Part shown: piece after piece, positions 47,155-56,797 of the stretch
How positions within the stretch are numbered: position 1 is the first letter of the stretch
Layout of the letters: each line of letters starts with the position of its first letter
Assembly: GCA_029548865.1 (NCBI GenBank)
Contig: JAKPMO010000015.1
Location: forward strand, 10,482-74,481
From: Caldisericota bacterium
GTDB lineage: Bacteria; Caldisericota; Caldisericia; JAAYUI01
Length of the DNA: 64,000 bases
Reading direction: 5' to 3'
Position numbers and translations under genes: made by a program
Notes under the pieces: model-generated
The model's input: the letters and a program-made list of their open reading frames with translations, nothing else
What the model was told of the DNA's origin: nothing
The model's database searches: none

Positions 47155-48120
47155 TCAGCCCAGATCAATTTTGAACCTGCACCTGTCGTCACCCTTCAGG
47201 ACTGATTCAAGAACTTCGCATTTGACTGGTTTTCCAAGGACAACTTCCCACATCCTCTTGTGGAACCCCGCACTGCAATTGCAAAACACCGGCGGAACAG
47301 GCGATTTCCCATTGGCAAGCGACTCCTTGACCCACGGGCAGTGGCAATAGTGGTAGCGTCTTTTGACCGGGTCACTTTCTGAAAGCATTTTTGCGGCCTG
47401 GTGCGGAATTTTTGTGTCATAAAAAATATTTCCGGCCCTCACACCATAATGGATTTCAGGGTTTGATTTCACAAATTCGATGACCTCATCGGTGATTGGC
47501 TGGGTAAAATAGAGATTCCCCTCATTTTTGAGCGTTTCGAGCTCGGAAAGAAACCGATCTCCTCTTGTCTTGATGAATTTGTCAATATCTTTCCCGCACT
47601 CCTCAAAAAGCTTCACATCTTCCTCATACCACGAATCTTTAATATTTCTAAGGCACCCGCCAATCAGGGAAGCTGTTTTTTCCTGGCCGAGGTCCGATCC
47701 CACCCTGCCAATGACAGCCCCCATTGCTTCAGGCCTGATCTCGTTTGGCTCGCCAAGCTCAGGGAACCTGACACCCTCGTAGTATTTTGAAGCCACGATC
47801 TCACCAAAAGCCTCGTCAAGTTTGTCCCTCAGGTTCCACAGGGCCTCCGAGCCATCCAACAACTCAAGCGCATTTATAGTCAGGTTTTCGCACCCGATCG
47901 ACTTGCCGTAGACTGCAAGGGCAAAGATATTGTACCAGTTGTTTTTATTTTGCCTGATCAGCTTCGAACAATAATCAACAAGGGGCTTTTTGTCCGAAGG
48001 GTCTAAAGCTGCTGCTTTGAGATACTTCTCAAAACTGGCGATTGTTTCAAGCGCCTGCTCAATCCTGTTTTCATCAAAACCCCTCCTGGAAAGCTTTTCT
48101 CTCAAAATGTTTTCTTCCAT
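47155..48120 (-). CDS. Hypothetical cytoplasmic protein with C-terminal Cys/His cluster (HYCHCPW...FCNCSAGFH...C...C)
   Basis: 321 aa. Helical N-terminal two-thirds. Putative metal-binding C-terminus. Confidence 0.5.
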   Translation of the reverse strand: MEENILREKLSRRGFDENRIEQALETIASFEKYLKAAALDPSDKKPLVDYCSKLIRQNKNNWYNIFALAVYGKSIGCENLTINALELLDGSEALWNLRDKLDEAFGEIVASKYYEGVRFPELGEPNEIRPEAMGAVIGRVGSDLGQEKTASLIGGCLRNIKDSWYEEDVKLFEECGKDIDKFIKTRGDRFLSELETLKNEGNLYFTQPITDEVIEFVKSNPEIHYGVRAGNIFYDTKIPHQAAKMLSESDPVKRRYHYCHCPWVKESLANGKSPVPPVFCNCSAGFHKRMWEVVLGKPVKCEVLESVLKGDDRCRFKIDLG

Positions 48121-48179
48121 TATGGCTCCTTTGACAACAACTTACAGTTGTCAGCAAGTGATGTCAAGCTGAATGGAAA

Positions 48180-48860
48180 TCACTCTTTGGATCTCAAAAA
48201 ATCCTCGATCAGTTTTGCTCTTTCAAATCTCTTTCTTCTCTTGTTGGCGGCCAGGGTCAGCTCAATTGGTGGCACTTTGATGTCCAGGCCACGCCATCTT
48301 ATGGTTTCCAGATGTCTCCTTGCGTATGGGCCACAATCAATCGGCTCCGGTTTGTCCAGTTCGGCCACAGGGTCAGATGCAAGATCAATTCTTGCGTGCC
48401 AGAACAGAACACCAAAATTCCTGGTCACCCAGCCGTTTGTGTTGAGAATGGGATGAATGATCTTGTCTGGAAACACATCAGTAATACGGTCCAAATCTTT
48501 TGAACCAAACATGGCATCAACATCATGCGGTTTTAGTGCAATCCCCCTTATGCAAGCGGCACAGCTCCCTGTGAGCCACCAGTCAATCATGTTTTCTTTC
48601 ATTCTGAGCGCAAAATCATACAACGCCTCTTCCCATTTGCATTCTGAAAAATAGCCAAGCTGGTCAAACATCTCTTTTGAGTGGAGTCTGAAATTTTCCT
48701 TGGCATTGTCAATGTATTTTGAGTCCTTTGGAAAGCTTTTGAAATATGAGCCATTTTCCTCCTGCCAGAAGCATGATTTGAAAACTGGAACATACTTCTC
48801 ATCAAAATCACCTATCAGAAATATCACATCTTTTTCGTTTTCTTCAAAACTGATCCTCAT
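48180..48860 (-). CDS. Putative nucleotidyltransferase-fold (Pol-beta superfamily) protein
   Basis: AGAGGAG-N5-ATG at 48860. LTGSCAACIRGIALKPHDVDAMF matches the minimal NTase motif G[SG]-x9-13-Dx[DE]. Confidence 0.45.
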   Translation of the reverse strand: MRISFEENEKDVIFLIGDFDEKYVPVFKSCFWQEENGSYFKSFPKDSKYIDNAKENFRLHSKEMFDQLGYFSECKWEEALYDFALRMKENMIDWWLTGSCAACIRGIALKPHDVDAMFGSKDLDRITDVFPDKIIHPILNTNGWVTRNFGVLFWHARIDLASDPVAELDKPEPIDCGPYARRHLETIRWRGLDIKVPPIELTLAANKRRKRFERAKLIEDFLRSKE

Positions 48861-48870
48861 TTTATCTCCT

Positions 48871-49524
48871 CTATTCCAAAACCAGCCTGCCATAGACAAT
48901 ATCCAAAATCATGAATGCCAGCGCTGACGGGTTCTCTATCATTGGCATATGGCAGGCATTTTCAACAAACAACAATTTGATCCTTCCCAATGTTTCCTCA
49001 TCAAGGCACAAATCATTGATTCTATCTGGATAGTTCTTCTGTACCCGGTCTCCATAGATCGCATAGACATTCTGATTCAACACCTTGAGGTATTGCGTAT
49101 AGTCAAATCCCTCCTTAAGTGACTGTTTCAGGTCGTCTTGATAATATGGCGCCTCTTCCTGCATCATCTGCATAATCTTGCTGCCATATTGTTCCATATG
49201 CCCTTCTGTCATCAAATTGCGATAAAACATGTTTGCAGGCCTGAGACTGCAATCAACCAGTATTATCTGGCGAAATGCCAAGTTGAATTTTGCCGCAAGC
49301 TCCAGTGCGATAATGCCGCCCATGCTGTGGCCAACCACAAAATCATAATGATTGTTCCCACACTCACCAAAAACCCACTTTGTAATGTCCGAAACACAGT
49401 TTGCAGCGGCAGTGACCGCATGGGGGTATTCCACATAGTCAGCGTCAATGCCAACAAGGTGATTCTGCATCTGCGACCAGATCCTGGACGTACAGTTTAC
49501 GCCGTGCAAAAACAAACCCTTCAT
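48871..49524 (-). CDS. Alpha/beta-hydrolase fold esterase/lipase
   Basis: Nucleophile elbow VVGHSMGGIIALELA. Starts MKGLFLHGVNCT. Confidence 0.65.
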   Translation of the reverse strand: MKGLFLHGVNCTSRIWSQMQNHLVGIDADYVEYPHAVTAAANCVSDITKWVFGECGNNHYDFVVGHSMGGIIALELAAKFNLAFRQIILVDCSLRPANMFYRNLMTEGHMEQYGSKIMQMMQEEAPYYQDDLKQSLKEGFDYTQYLKVLNQNVYAIYGDRVQKNYPDRINDLCLDEETLGRIKLLFVENACHMPMIENPSALAFMILDIVYGRLVLE

Positions 49525-49647
49525 TTTTCGTTGCCTTTCCAAATTCCAACACTACATGATAAATGAAATCGCCATAGCAACAAGCATCTGCAACAATTCG
49601 GTAGCTATTGCTTTTGATCTCAGTATTATACATGTTGTAGGAGGTGC

Positions 49648-51438
49648 ATGAAACTACTTCTTGAAGAAAATTCATTATGGAAAAAACGTGCAAGAGCACC
49701 CAGAATAATCAGATTTCATGTGGCCAGGAACAACAGTTCTGTTGCTGTAATCGAGGCCAATATAGATGGTGCAGCGCAAACATATTTATTAAACATGAAA
49801 ACTGGCGATCTAGATGTAATACAAAGTCTAGATAAAGATTATTATAGTGTTTTAAGCCCTGATGGTCACTTCCTGCATTTCCATAAAGACACTAAAGGTA
49901 ACCAGCATGGCCATAGATGCAGAATGCCAACAAGTGGTGGTGAGATTGAGGATCTAACCCCTGAATTGCCGGATTATTATGCTTATAGAATTGAGTTCTC
50001 TGATGATTCGAAAAGATGTATATTTCCTGCTTATTTTGATGATGAAACCAACCTTTATGCATTATTTTTTAATAACAAAGGGGGGCTTGTTGATAGGAAG
50101 ATCTTGTTCAAAACAAAGGGTGATCTTGGCTGGGTAAAAATGTCAAGAGATGGAAATATGGTAGCAGTGTCTTCATCCAGAAGCAATAGAAATGATGAAA
50201 CAAAGTTGCTTGTATTAAGTGTGGACACCGGAGATGAATATAAGCAACTCAAGCTTGATTGCGAAACATCTGCATACGCCCACTTGTTCGTTCCTTGCAG
50301 CAGCAAGTTGATTATTTCAACAGAAGATGGAGATCATAAGAAATTTTATTTATGGGATTATGAAAATGATGCACTAAAGGAAATATTTGCAAATATAGAC
50401 TCAGAGATTCGAGTTGTGGATGTCTCCAGGGATGGAAAGAAACTCCTCATTCAGACAAGTTCACAAGCTAGAGATAGCCATATTGTATACAAACTAGAGG
50501 ATGGTTCTTTTCTTTCACTCGATAGCCTCGATGGTGTTTCAAGCTATTCCTACATATTGGAAGACGAGGTGCTATTATTAAATTCATCCTCACAGCATAA
50601 ATCACGCATATTGAATTATGATTTGAATACTGGAGAATTCAAAAGGGTTTTGCTGGAGCTTTCAGGATCGATACCTGCGAGCGGTGCTAGAGATGTAAGG
50701 TTTATAGGTGCCAGAGATGACAAAGTTCAGGGATGGCTTAGAATCCCCGTTGGAAATGGACCATTTCCAACAATTATCGAGCTACCAGGAGGTCCTAGCT
50801 GTGCATATAGTTGTTATGAATCCGACGTGTTTCTTGACCATGGTTTTGCAAAATTGACAATTAACTATCATGGCTCATCATCTTTTGGTTATGATTTTCA
50901 AAAATCGATCATCGGCAGGGTGGGAGAACTTGAACTAGAAGACATGGTGGCTGCCAGATCATGGCTAACCGAACAAGGTATTTCCAACCCAAACCAGATA
51001 TTCCTTATGGGGGGTTCATATGGCGGGTATCTGACGTTATGGGGTTTAGTAAGAAGGCCTGATTTGTGGAAAGCAGGACTTGCTCGTGTGCCGATTGCTG
51101 ATTTCGTTGCTGCCTATGAAGATGAAAATGGATCTCTCAAGAAATCGGATAATTACTTATTTGGTGGTTCTCTTTATGATAAGCCAGAGCTATACAGACA
51201 GAGTTCACCAATAACATATATCGAGCATTTAAATGCGCCATTGCAGATAATTGCTGGCAAACATGACACAAGATGTCCAAGGCGGCAAATAGAGCTATTT
51301 ATTGAAAAGGGAAAGGAACTTGGTAAGGACATCGAAACATACTGGTATGACGAAGGACACTCAAGCAATTCGATAAATGAACAGATACACCAGATTGAGC
51401 TTAGACTGAAATTCCTCAAAAAGGTTATGGATGGGTAA
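49648..51438 (+). CDS. S9-family serine peptidase (prolyl oligopeptidase/dipeptidyl-peptidase/acylaminoacyl-peptidase type): N-terminal beta-propeller plus C-terminal alpha/beta hydrolase
   Basis: GGSYGGYLT nucleophile motif and C-terminal YDEGHS His motif. GGAGGTG near the start. Markedly AT-rich. Confidence 0.8.
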   Translation: MKLLLEENSLWKKRARAPRIIRFHVARNNSSVAVIEANIDGAAQTYLLNMKTGDLDVIQSLDKDYYSVLSPDGHFLHFHKDTKGNQHGHRCRMPTSGGEIEDLTPELPDYYAYRIEFSDDSKRCIFPAYFDDETNLYALFFNNKGGLVDRKILFKTKGDLGWVKMSRDGNMVAVSSSRSNRNDETKLLVLSVDTGDEYKQLKLDCETSAYAHLFVPCSSKLIISTEDGDHKKFYLWDYENDALKEIFANIDSEIRVVDVSRDGKKLLIQTSSQARDSHIVYKLEDGSFLSLDSLDGVSSYSYILEDEVLLLNSSSQHKSRILNYDLNTGEFKRVLLELSGSIPASGARDVRFIGARDDKVQGWLRIPVGNGPFPTIIELPGGPSCAYSCYESDVFLDHGFAKLTINYHGSSSFGYDFQKSIIGRVGELELEDMVAARSWLTEQGISNPNQIFLMGGSYGGYLTLWGLVRRPDLWKAGLARVPIADFVAAYEDENGSLKKSDNYLFGGSLYDKPELYRQSSPITYIEHLNAPLQIIAGKHDTRCPRRQIELFIEKGKELGKDIETYWYDEGHSSNSINEQIHQIELRLKFLKKVMDG

Positions 51439-51610
51439 GAATTATTTGTGAAGATTGGAAACAAAGCCATGATTATTTCCATGAAACCATAAAAAAGTAT
51501 GCATTAGAAAAATCCAGTTTCCTTCAACTCCGTATATTGCATTCGGTGTTGTTTCTGGAATCACACCAACCTTCAAATTTTCATAATTTTTTCAGTGATA
51601 ATTGTCTTTA

Positions 51611-52156
51611 TTATGCTATTTTCCCAACAATAACCACATAATTTTTGCCATAAACCTTGGCGCATTTGGGGCAAGTTGTGTACCACATATACCATTTTTT
51701 GACTTCCTGCCCTTTGCCTTTGACGTAATCCTCAAAATCCTTGCACCATTTTCCAGTGTCTTTGAAATCTCCCTCGTAGACCCTGCTCAGATATTTTCCG
51801 CTCAGGGTAATGTTTTCAGCCCCAGGGATTTCCTTGTCCACAGCCAGATACAGGTCCATGTTCCATTTTGAAGTATGGTCGGAAAGGCACAACCAGTCAG
51901 GCATCTGTCCTTTGGCATCTTCTACCTTTTTGGTTATCCGGCGTATCACCGGACCAAAATTGACAGGCGCATAAAACATCGTAAACACCTTGTCTTTTAT
52001 AAACTTTTTATCCTTCCAGTCGAATTCCTTGTTGTCCCATGGTGTGGGATCAAATCTTGGGCAACACCCGGTTTCTTCAATATTTTTATTGTTATCATTC
52101 ATGGCCTTTACTAAGCCCCTTTCTTTTGCAAATTGATTAAGCCCTGTCGGGCTCAT
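51611..52156 (-). CDS. Hypothetical protein with GCCPRFDP motif (start uncertain)
   Basis: ORF with Lys-rich sequence. No recognised family. No clear ribosome-binding site for any candidate start. Confidence 0.4.
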   Translation of the reverse strand: MSPTGLNQFAKERGLVKAMNDNNKNIEETGCCPRFDPTPWDNKEFDWKDKKFIKDKVFTMFYAPVNFGPVIRRITKKVEDAKGQMPDWLCLSDHTSKWNMDLYLAVDKEIPGAENITLSGKYLSRVYEGDFKDTGKWCKDFEDYVKGKGQEVKKWYMWYTTCPKCAKVYGKNYVVIVGKIA

Positions 52157-52317
52157 GGCTGTAAAGTAACAAAGCACCGGACATTGTCAAGTTGTTCCCG
52201 ATCCGTTTTTTCAAAATCAACTTTTTGAGGTTGTTGTATTTCTCAAATTTTTGTCTTGATAATCTATTGGATTCACTGAATTATTTCTGGCGAGCTGTCA
52301 AAAAAGTAACATTAGAA

Positions 52318-52674
52318 TCAGTTTCCAATGTTTTCTGTAAAAACAGTTTTTTTATCCACCATTTTGATCAGCCCTACTATTTTCTCTTCATCAATATCAT
52401 CCACCGAATAAACTTTTATATGTTTCATGGTTTTGCCACTTCCTTCAAACAATCTTATCTCGTCTTTGTCCAGACCGGTTATGGCAAAACCAACATGAAC
52501 CCGATCTTTCAATGCAACAATATAAAATTTCCCTCTACCAAAAATAACAACACCCCAACCAACATTCTCCTCTGGTGTCTCAAGAGTTTTCAGGAATATC
52601 TCCCTGAGCCTCCTTAATATCTCCTTTTGTGGTGATTTTTGACTTTCGATGTATTCTTCTACAGTTTTCCCCAT
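52318..52674 (-). CDS. DUF1801 (YdhG-like) domain protein
   Basis: VEEYIESQKSPQKEILRRLREIFLKTL... canonical DUF1801 N-terminus. Confidence 0.65.
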   Translation of the reverse strand: MGKTVEEYIESQKSPQKEILRRLREIFLKTLETPEENVGWGVVIFGRGKFYIVALKDRVHVGFAITGLDKDEIRLFEGSGKTMKHIKVYSVDDIDEEKIVGLIKMVDKKTVFTENIGN

Positions 52675-52772
52675 GAAGTTGTGATGACCTCCTTGAAATA
52701 TGTGCGATTAAAAACATTGTGTTGATGCGAAAAAATAATCTGATGTTTATTTTTGGATCCCCATACTGAAAC

Positions 52773-52864
52773 TGGCGGAGAGTGAGGGATTCGAACCCCC
52801 GAACCAGTTTGACCCAGTTACCCGCTCTCCAGGCGGGTGCTTTCGACCGCTCAGCCAACTCTCC
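52773..52864 (-). tRNA. tRNA-Ser (anticodon GGA), class II with long variable arm, CCA encoded
   Basis: Minus strand reads GGAGAGTTGGCTGAGCGGTCGAAAGCACCCGCCTGGAGAGCGGGTAACTGGGTCAAACTGGTTCGGGGGTTCGAATCCCTCACTCTCCGCCA. 7-bp acceptor stem, anticodon loop CTGGAGA, T-loop TTCGAAT. Confidence 0.85.
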
Positions 52865-52865
52865 T

Positions 52866-52895
52866 GACAGGGCAAAATTATCCGGATTTGCCCTG
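52866..52895 (-). other. Perfect 10-bp stem-loop abutting the tRNA 5' end (ACAGGGCAAA / TTTGCCCTGT)
   Basis: The inverted repeat is seen directly. Possible terminator for the upstream small ORF or a pre-tRNA processing structure. Confidence 0.4.
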
Positions 52896-52913
52896 TCGGT
52901 GTCAAGTCAAATC

Positions 52914-53132
52914 TTATACTATCCTGACTGTGCAAGTCTCCCCAAAGTCACCTTCGATGTTTACAACCTCGCCCACAAAGTTTTCATCCAGGATTGCTTC
53001 TTCCAGGACCTCTCTGACATTTACCCCACTTACTTCAAACTTTATCCAGGGATAAATCGTTTCCACCATGGAGAATGGGACCTTGAGGTTTATGTTTTTC
53101 CCTTTCGAGTCTCTGATGATGACATGTATCAT
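52914..53132 (-). CDS. Small hypothetical protein (~72 aa)
   Basis: ATG at 53132 (MIHVIIRDSKGK...). The tool ORF starts at an upstream TTG. Weak ribosome-binding site. Confidence 0.3.
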   Translation of the reverse strand: MIHVIIRDSKGKNINLKVPFSMVETIYPWIKFEVSGVNVREVLEEAILDENFVGEVVNIEGDFGETCTVRIV

Positions 53133-53231
53133 CCTATTTTGCTTTGGACGTTTTTCCAGCCCCAAAATTACCCGTTTTGCCTGTTCCCTTGTGATAAGAC
53201 CTGGGAGAGTTCAAAAAGTATTTTTTCGACC

Positions 53232-53693
53232 TCAGAATTCACCATAATGGATAAAGTCCTCCCTGATGGTACCAGTCAGTGAATGATACAAAACATCAAT
53301 TCCGGCTACTATAAGTGCAATCGGCCAGAACCATGACCACCACTGGCCAAGTGTTATTATTTCGGCGTTGACAATCATTCTGGCTATACCAATAGAGCAC
53401 AGCACAGTGCCCATAAGCGAAAATCCACCACGTCTTCCTTTTGAAAAAATCATTTTTAGTCCGCCAGTAAAAAGGATCACTGGCCATACAATGTTCCACC
53501 ATGAGCCTGTCCCCGGAAAATAACCAAGCTGGTAAAAAAGCACTGCAAGACCTTGCAAAACAAGGTATACGCCAAAAAATAATCCACCTGACCAACGTTT
53601 TCTCATTTTTAACTCCCTTACCCTTTTTGCACCCTCCTCCGGCGACATTCTATGGCTCTCAACATCCTCAAGGACATCATCGATATCTTGCAT
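53232..53693 (-). CDS. Small membrane protein (3-4 TM), possibly LiaI/LiaF-like envelope-stress family
   Basis: GAAGGAGG-N9-ATG. Cytoplasmic charged N-terminus followed by Trp-rich TM helices. Confidence 0.5.
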   Translation of the reverse strand: MQDIDDVLEDVESHRMSPEEGAKRVRELKMRKRWSGGLFFGVYLVLQGLAVLFYQLGYFPGTGSWWNIVWPVILFTGGLKMIFSKGRRGGFSLMGTVLCSIGIARMIVNAEIITLGQWWSWFWPIALIVAGIDVLYHSLTGTIREDFIHYGEF

Positions 53694-53794
53694 TTTTCAC
53701 TGCCTCCTTCACTTTGGATAGACACTCCACCCTGAAAAGAGTTTACACCTGATGGCAAGGTAACGTAAAGTAGACATTGCGAGTCAAAGACTGT

Positions 53795-54268
53795 ATGAGG
53801 ATCGGGCTTGGATTTGATGTCCACAACACAAAATCGGGAAAACCTCTTGTAATCGGAGGGGTCATTGTTCCTTGCGAATTTGGCCTCGATGGAGACAGTG
53901 ATGCAGATGTTTTGTGCCATTCGGTTATCGACGCGGTTCTTGGTGCACTGAACCTTGGCGACATCGGCTCATATTTTGGTGTAGGCACACCAGATATGAT
54001 GGGCGTGGAAAGCCTTTCCCTGCTTGCCAGGCTGACACCCCTGATTGGTGAAAATCGGATGACTGTTTCAAATCTGGACTGTACAATAATTGCACAATAC
54101 CCAAAACTTTCTGACAAAAGGGAACAGATGCGCGCCAATATTGCAAGGGTTTTACAAACCCCACAAAATAGAATATCATTGAAATTCACCACCCCGAAGG
54201 GTCTTGGCCCCTTGGGGAACAAGGAAGGCATTGCCTGCCTTTCAGCTATACTTCTGGAGGAAAAATAA
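53795..54268 (+). CDS. ispF: 2-C-methyl-D-erythritol 2,4-cyclodiphosphate synthase
   Basis: MRIGLGFDVH...GHSDADVLCHSVIDAVLGA matches IspF metal-binding and active-site motifs. Confidence 0.85.
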   Translation: MRIGLGFDVHNTKSGKPLVIGGVIVPCEFGLDGDSDADVLCHSVIDAVLGALNLGDIGSYFGVGTPDMMGVESLSLLARLTPLIGENRMTVSNLDCTIIAQYPKLSDKREQMRANIARVLQTPQNRISLKFTTPKGLGPLGNKEGIACLSAILLEEK

Positions 54269-54723
54269 TGGTTGATAAAGAGAGAATTGAATCTATAAAA
54301 CAGCTGATTGTTCTTGCAAAAGAGCTTGGTGTCGCACAGCTCAGCTATGAAGACGAAGACATCAATGTGGCCTTTGAACTTGAGGGTTGTGTCCACGAGC
54401 ATTTTGAGGAAAGATTTGAACCAATCTCAATTCCACAGCAGAAAATGGTTGAAGAAAAAAAGCCGGTTTCATCTGGTGGAAACACTTTCGCCATTGAATC
54501 CCCGCTCTCTGGCACCTATTACGCCTCGCCTGCCCCTGGTGCGGACCCATTCATTACCCTTGGCCAGATTGTAAATCCAGGAGACACCCTTTGCATTGTC
54601 GAAGCCATGAAGGTAATGAACGAAATAGTGACCGACAAAAAGGGCAGAGTTGTTGATATGTACTACACTAGCGGTCAGGAAGTCGACGCCGGTTCTCCAC
54701 TTTTTGTACTCGAGGAGATTTAA
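54268..54723 (+). CDS. Biotin carboxyl carrier protein-like (biotinyl/lipoyl attachment domain)
   Basis: C-terminal GDTLCIVEAMKVMNEI biotinylation motif. TAATG overlap with ispF. No accC nearby. Confidence 0.7.
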   Translation: MVDKERIESIKQLIVLAKELGVAQLSYEDEDINVAFELEGCVHEHFEERFEPISIPQQKMVEEKKPVSSGGNTFAIESPLSGTYYASPAPGADPFITLGQIVNPGDTLCIVEAMKVMNEIVTDKKGRVVDMYYTSGQEVDAGSPLFVLEEI

Positions 54724-55378
54724 AAATCGAAAGATAGCAATTTGCTATCTTGATGTCTTCCGGGCTGGTAATTTTCAGGTTGAAAGCTGATCCATGAACA
54801 GTTGCCACAGTCAGCCCATATTCTGAAATCATTGCAGACTCGTCGGGAAACTCGGCGAGTCTGTTTTTGTATCTATCGAATACAAATTCCAGGGGTTTTT
54901 TCCAGACAAGCTGTGGCGTTTGCGCAATATGATAGGCACCACCGATGCTCTTTTCCAAAAACTCGCCTTTTATGGTTTTTAGTGCGCCAACCAGTGGTAT
55001 CACGGGTATCACGCAAGCAGCCTCTTTTGCCCGGCCTATCACCTTGTCTATCATCTCCTGGTTTATAAATGGCCTTGCCGCATCATGCACCAAAACCACA
55101 TCGCAATTCCCAATTATCTCAAAGGCCTTTTTTACAGACTCTTCCCTACAATCTCCACCCATGACAAATTTTACGTTTGAGGGTACGTGGCCGTATACAA
55201 GTTTTTTTGACTTCTCTGGGTCAGAACACGCAACTACAACCTCTGAAACACCAGGATGGTTCGCCATTGCAGCAACAGACCAGGCAAGGACCGGTTTACC
55301 ACCCAGGTCCACTTCAAGTTTGTCCAAGCCAAACCTGGTTGATGACCCACCAGCTGCAATGATGCATGATATTTTCAT
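54668..55378 (-). CDS. ispD: 2-C-methyl-D-erythritol 4-phosphate cytidylyltransferase
   Basis: MKISCIIAAGGSSTRFG N-terminal CTP-binding motif. ATGA overlap with the upstream yacL-like gene. 3' end overlaps the convergent BCCP-like gene by ~56 nt. Confidence 0.85.
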   Translation of the reverse strand: MKISCIIAAGGSSTRFGLDKLEVDLGGKPVLAWSVAAMANHPGVSEVVVACSDPEKSKKLVYGHVPSNVKFVMGGDCREESVKKAFEIIGNCDVVLVHDAARPFINQEMIDKVIGRAKEAACVIPVIPLVGALKTIKGEFLEKSIGGAYHIAQTPQLVWKKPLEFVFDRYKNRLAEFPDESAMISEYGLTVATVHGSAFNLKITSPEDIKIANCYLSIFKSPRVQKVENRRRLPDR

Positions 55379-56436
55379 CGTGTTATTATCTTGCCAAAGA
55401 CAATCCTGCCCTGTGGATTCTGAAGAAGAGATGTGCAAATTATTCTCACTGTCTGGCCAATGACTTTTTTCCCGTCTTCAATGACAACCATTGTTCCATC
55501 ATCCAGGAAGCCAACGCCCTGACCCTGCTCTTTTCCTTCCTTTATGACCGCTATCATTGTCTCTTCGCCAGGAACAATCATCGTCTTGAGGGCCGATGCC
55601 GCCTCGTTTAGATTTACAACTGTTGCACCCTGTCGTCTAAGGTCAAGCGTCAGTTCCATGTCACAGCTGATTATGAGATAGCCATCCCGCGACATCTTGA
55701 GCAAGAGGTCAATCTGTCTGCCTCTGTTTGAGGTATGCAACACCTCTAGCTTTGGCCCCATAATTTCCTGCAATTTTTCAAGGGTCATCATTCCCCTTTT
55801 GCCCCTGTGCGAAAGTATCGGGTCCTGTGAATCAGAGATCCTTTGCAGATCAAACAGCACAAAACTCGGCACAGCAAAACGCCCGTTCAGTGTTGTTGTA
55901 GTCATCAGTTCCGCTATTCTGCCATCGATAAGGCATGATGAATCCAGAATATGCTGGTTTGAACAGGGTTGGGATATGGAAGAGCCAAAGAGTTGCCTTG
56001 TGGATTCAATTATGGATTCCCTCTTCCCGATACCCAGCATCCAGATAATTATGAAGAGTATTGGTGTCGTTAGGAATGTGACAAGGATATATACTTTTGG
56101 CTCAAGGGCAAACCTGTAGATTGGCTCCAGAAATATATAAACCACAACTGTCACAAAAAGCGCGAAGATGAGGATCATCAAATCTGTAATGGCCAATCTT
56201 TTCATGATCTTCTGGAACAATTTTGAGAGCATCCTGAAAAAAGCAACTATTTCTGGCCAGACAAGATAGAAGAGCCCACCTCCAAGAATGCATGCGACAA
56301 AAGCCCAAACAACATCCATCACTATGAACCCAGTTTGTTCTCCCACAACATACTGACGAAGCACCCATGTATAGGTCAATCCGCCAAGTGCGCCACCAAA
56401 AAGAGAAAAAATCAATCTGTCAATCATTAATCTCAT
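55375..56436 (-). CDS. yacL: YacL-like membrane protein with PIN and TRAM domains
   Basis: N-terminal TM helices, central PIN-like fold, C-terminal TRAM (GKEQGQGVGFLDDGTMVVIEDG...RIICTS). The yacL-ispD adjacency matches Firmicutes synteny. Confidence 0.7.
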   Translation of the reverse strand: MRLMIDRLIFSLFGGALGGLTYTWVLRQYVVGEQTGFIVMDVVWAFVACILGGGLFYLVWPEIVAFFRMLSKLFQKIMKRLAITDLMILIFALFVTVVVYIFLEPIYRFALEPKVYILVTFLTTPILFIIIWMLGIGKRESIIESTRQLFGSSISQPCSNQHILDSSCLIDGRIAELMTTTTLNGRFAVPSFVLFDLQRISDSQDPILSHRGKRGMMTLEKLQEIMGPKLEVLHTSNRGRQIDLLLKMSRDGYLIISCDMELTLDLRRQGATVVNLNEAASALKTMIVPGEETMIAVIKEGKEQGQGVGFLDDGTMVVIEDGKKVIGQTVRIICTSLLQNPQGRIVFGKIITR

Positions 56437-56526
56437 GGCTTTCACCTCTTTATAAAAGGATTGTATGTTTACAAACAAGCGAGGTCAACACTTGCACAAA
56501 ATATGGAGGTAAACCATAATTCATGC

Positions 56527-56733
56527 ATGGAAATAACACTTGACACAAAAATAGAAAAAATCCTCGAGACTTACCCTTCATCTTCAAGTTTTTTTGCCAA
56601 AAGGGGCCTTGTGTGTTATATATGTGGAGAAGCCTTCTGGGGAACACCGGATGAGCTGTGCCAGGAAAAAGGTGCAGACCCAAAAACCATACTCGCCGAG
56701 CTGGTGAGTTTTCTCAAACAAAATCAACGATAA
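56527..56733 (+). CDS. DUF1858 (hybrid-cluster-protein-associated redox disulfide) small protein
   Basis: MEITLDTKIEKILETYP...GLVCYICGEAFWGTPDELC. CxxC motif and architecture typical of DUF1858. Confidence 0.55.
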   Translation: MEITLDTKIEKILETYPSSSSFFAKRGLVCYICGEAFWGTPDELCQEKGADPKTILAELVSFLKQNQR

Positions 56734-56797
56734 ACATGGCATTCACCGCAAAAAATTAATTCTAAAATCCCTCTATTTGGTTCCTCTCTCCAATAAA

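Noticed and set aside
45017-53132. Integrative mobile element at tRNA-Ser
   Set aside because: No integrase, recombinase, transposase or phage gene is present. Only context (mixed accessory genes, one low-GC gene) hints at an island, so it is reported as a finding and not a mobile-element feature.
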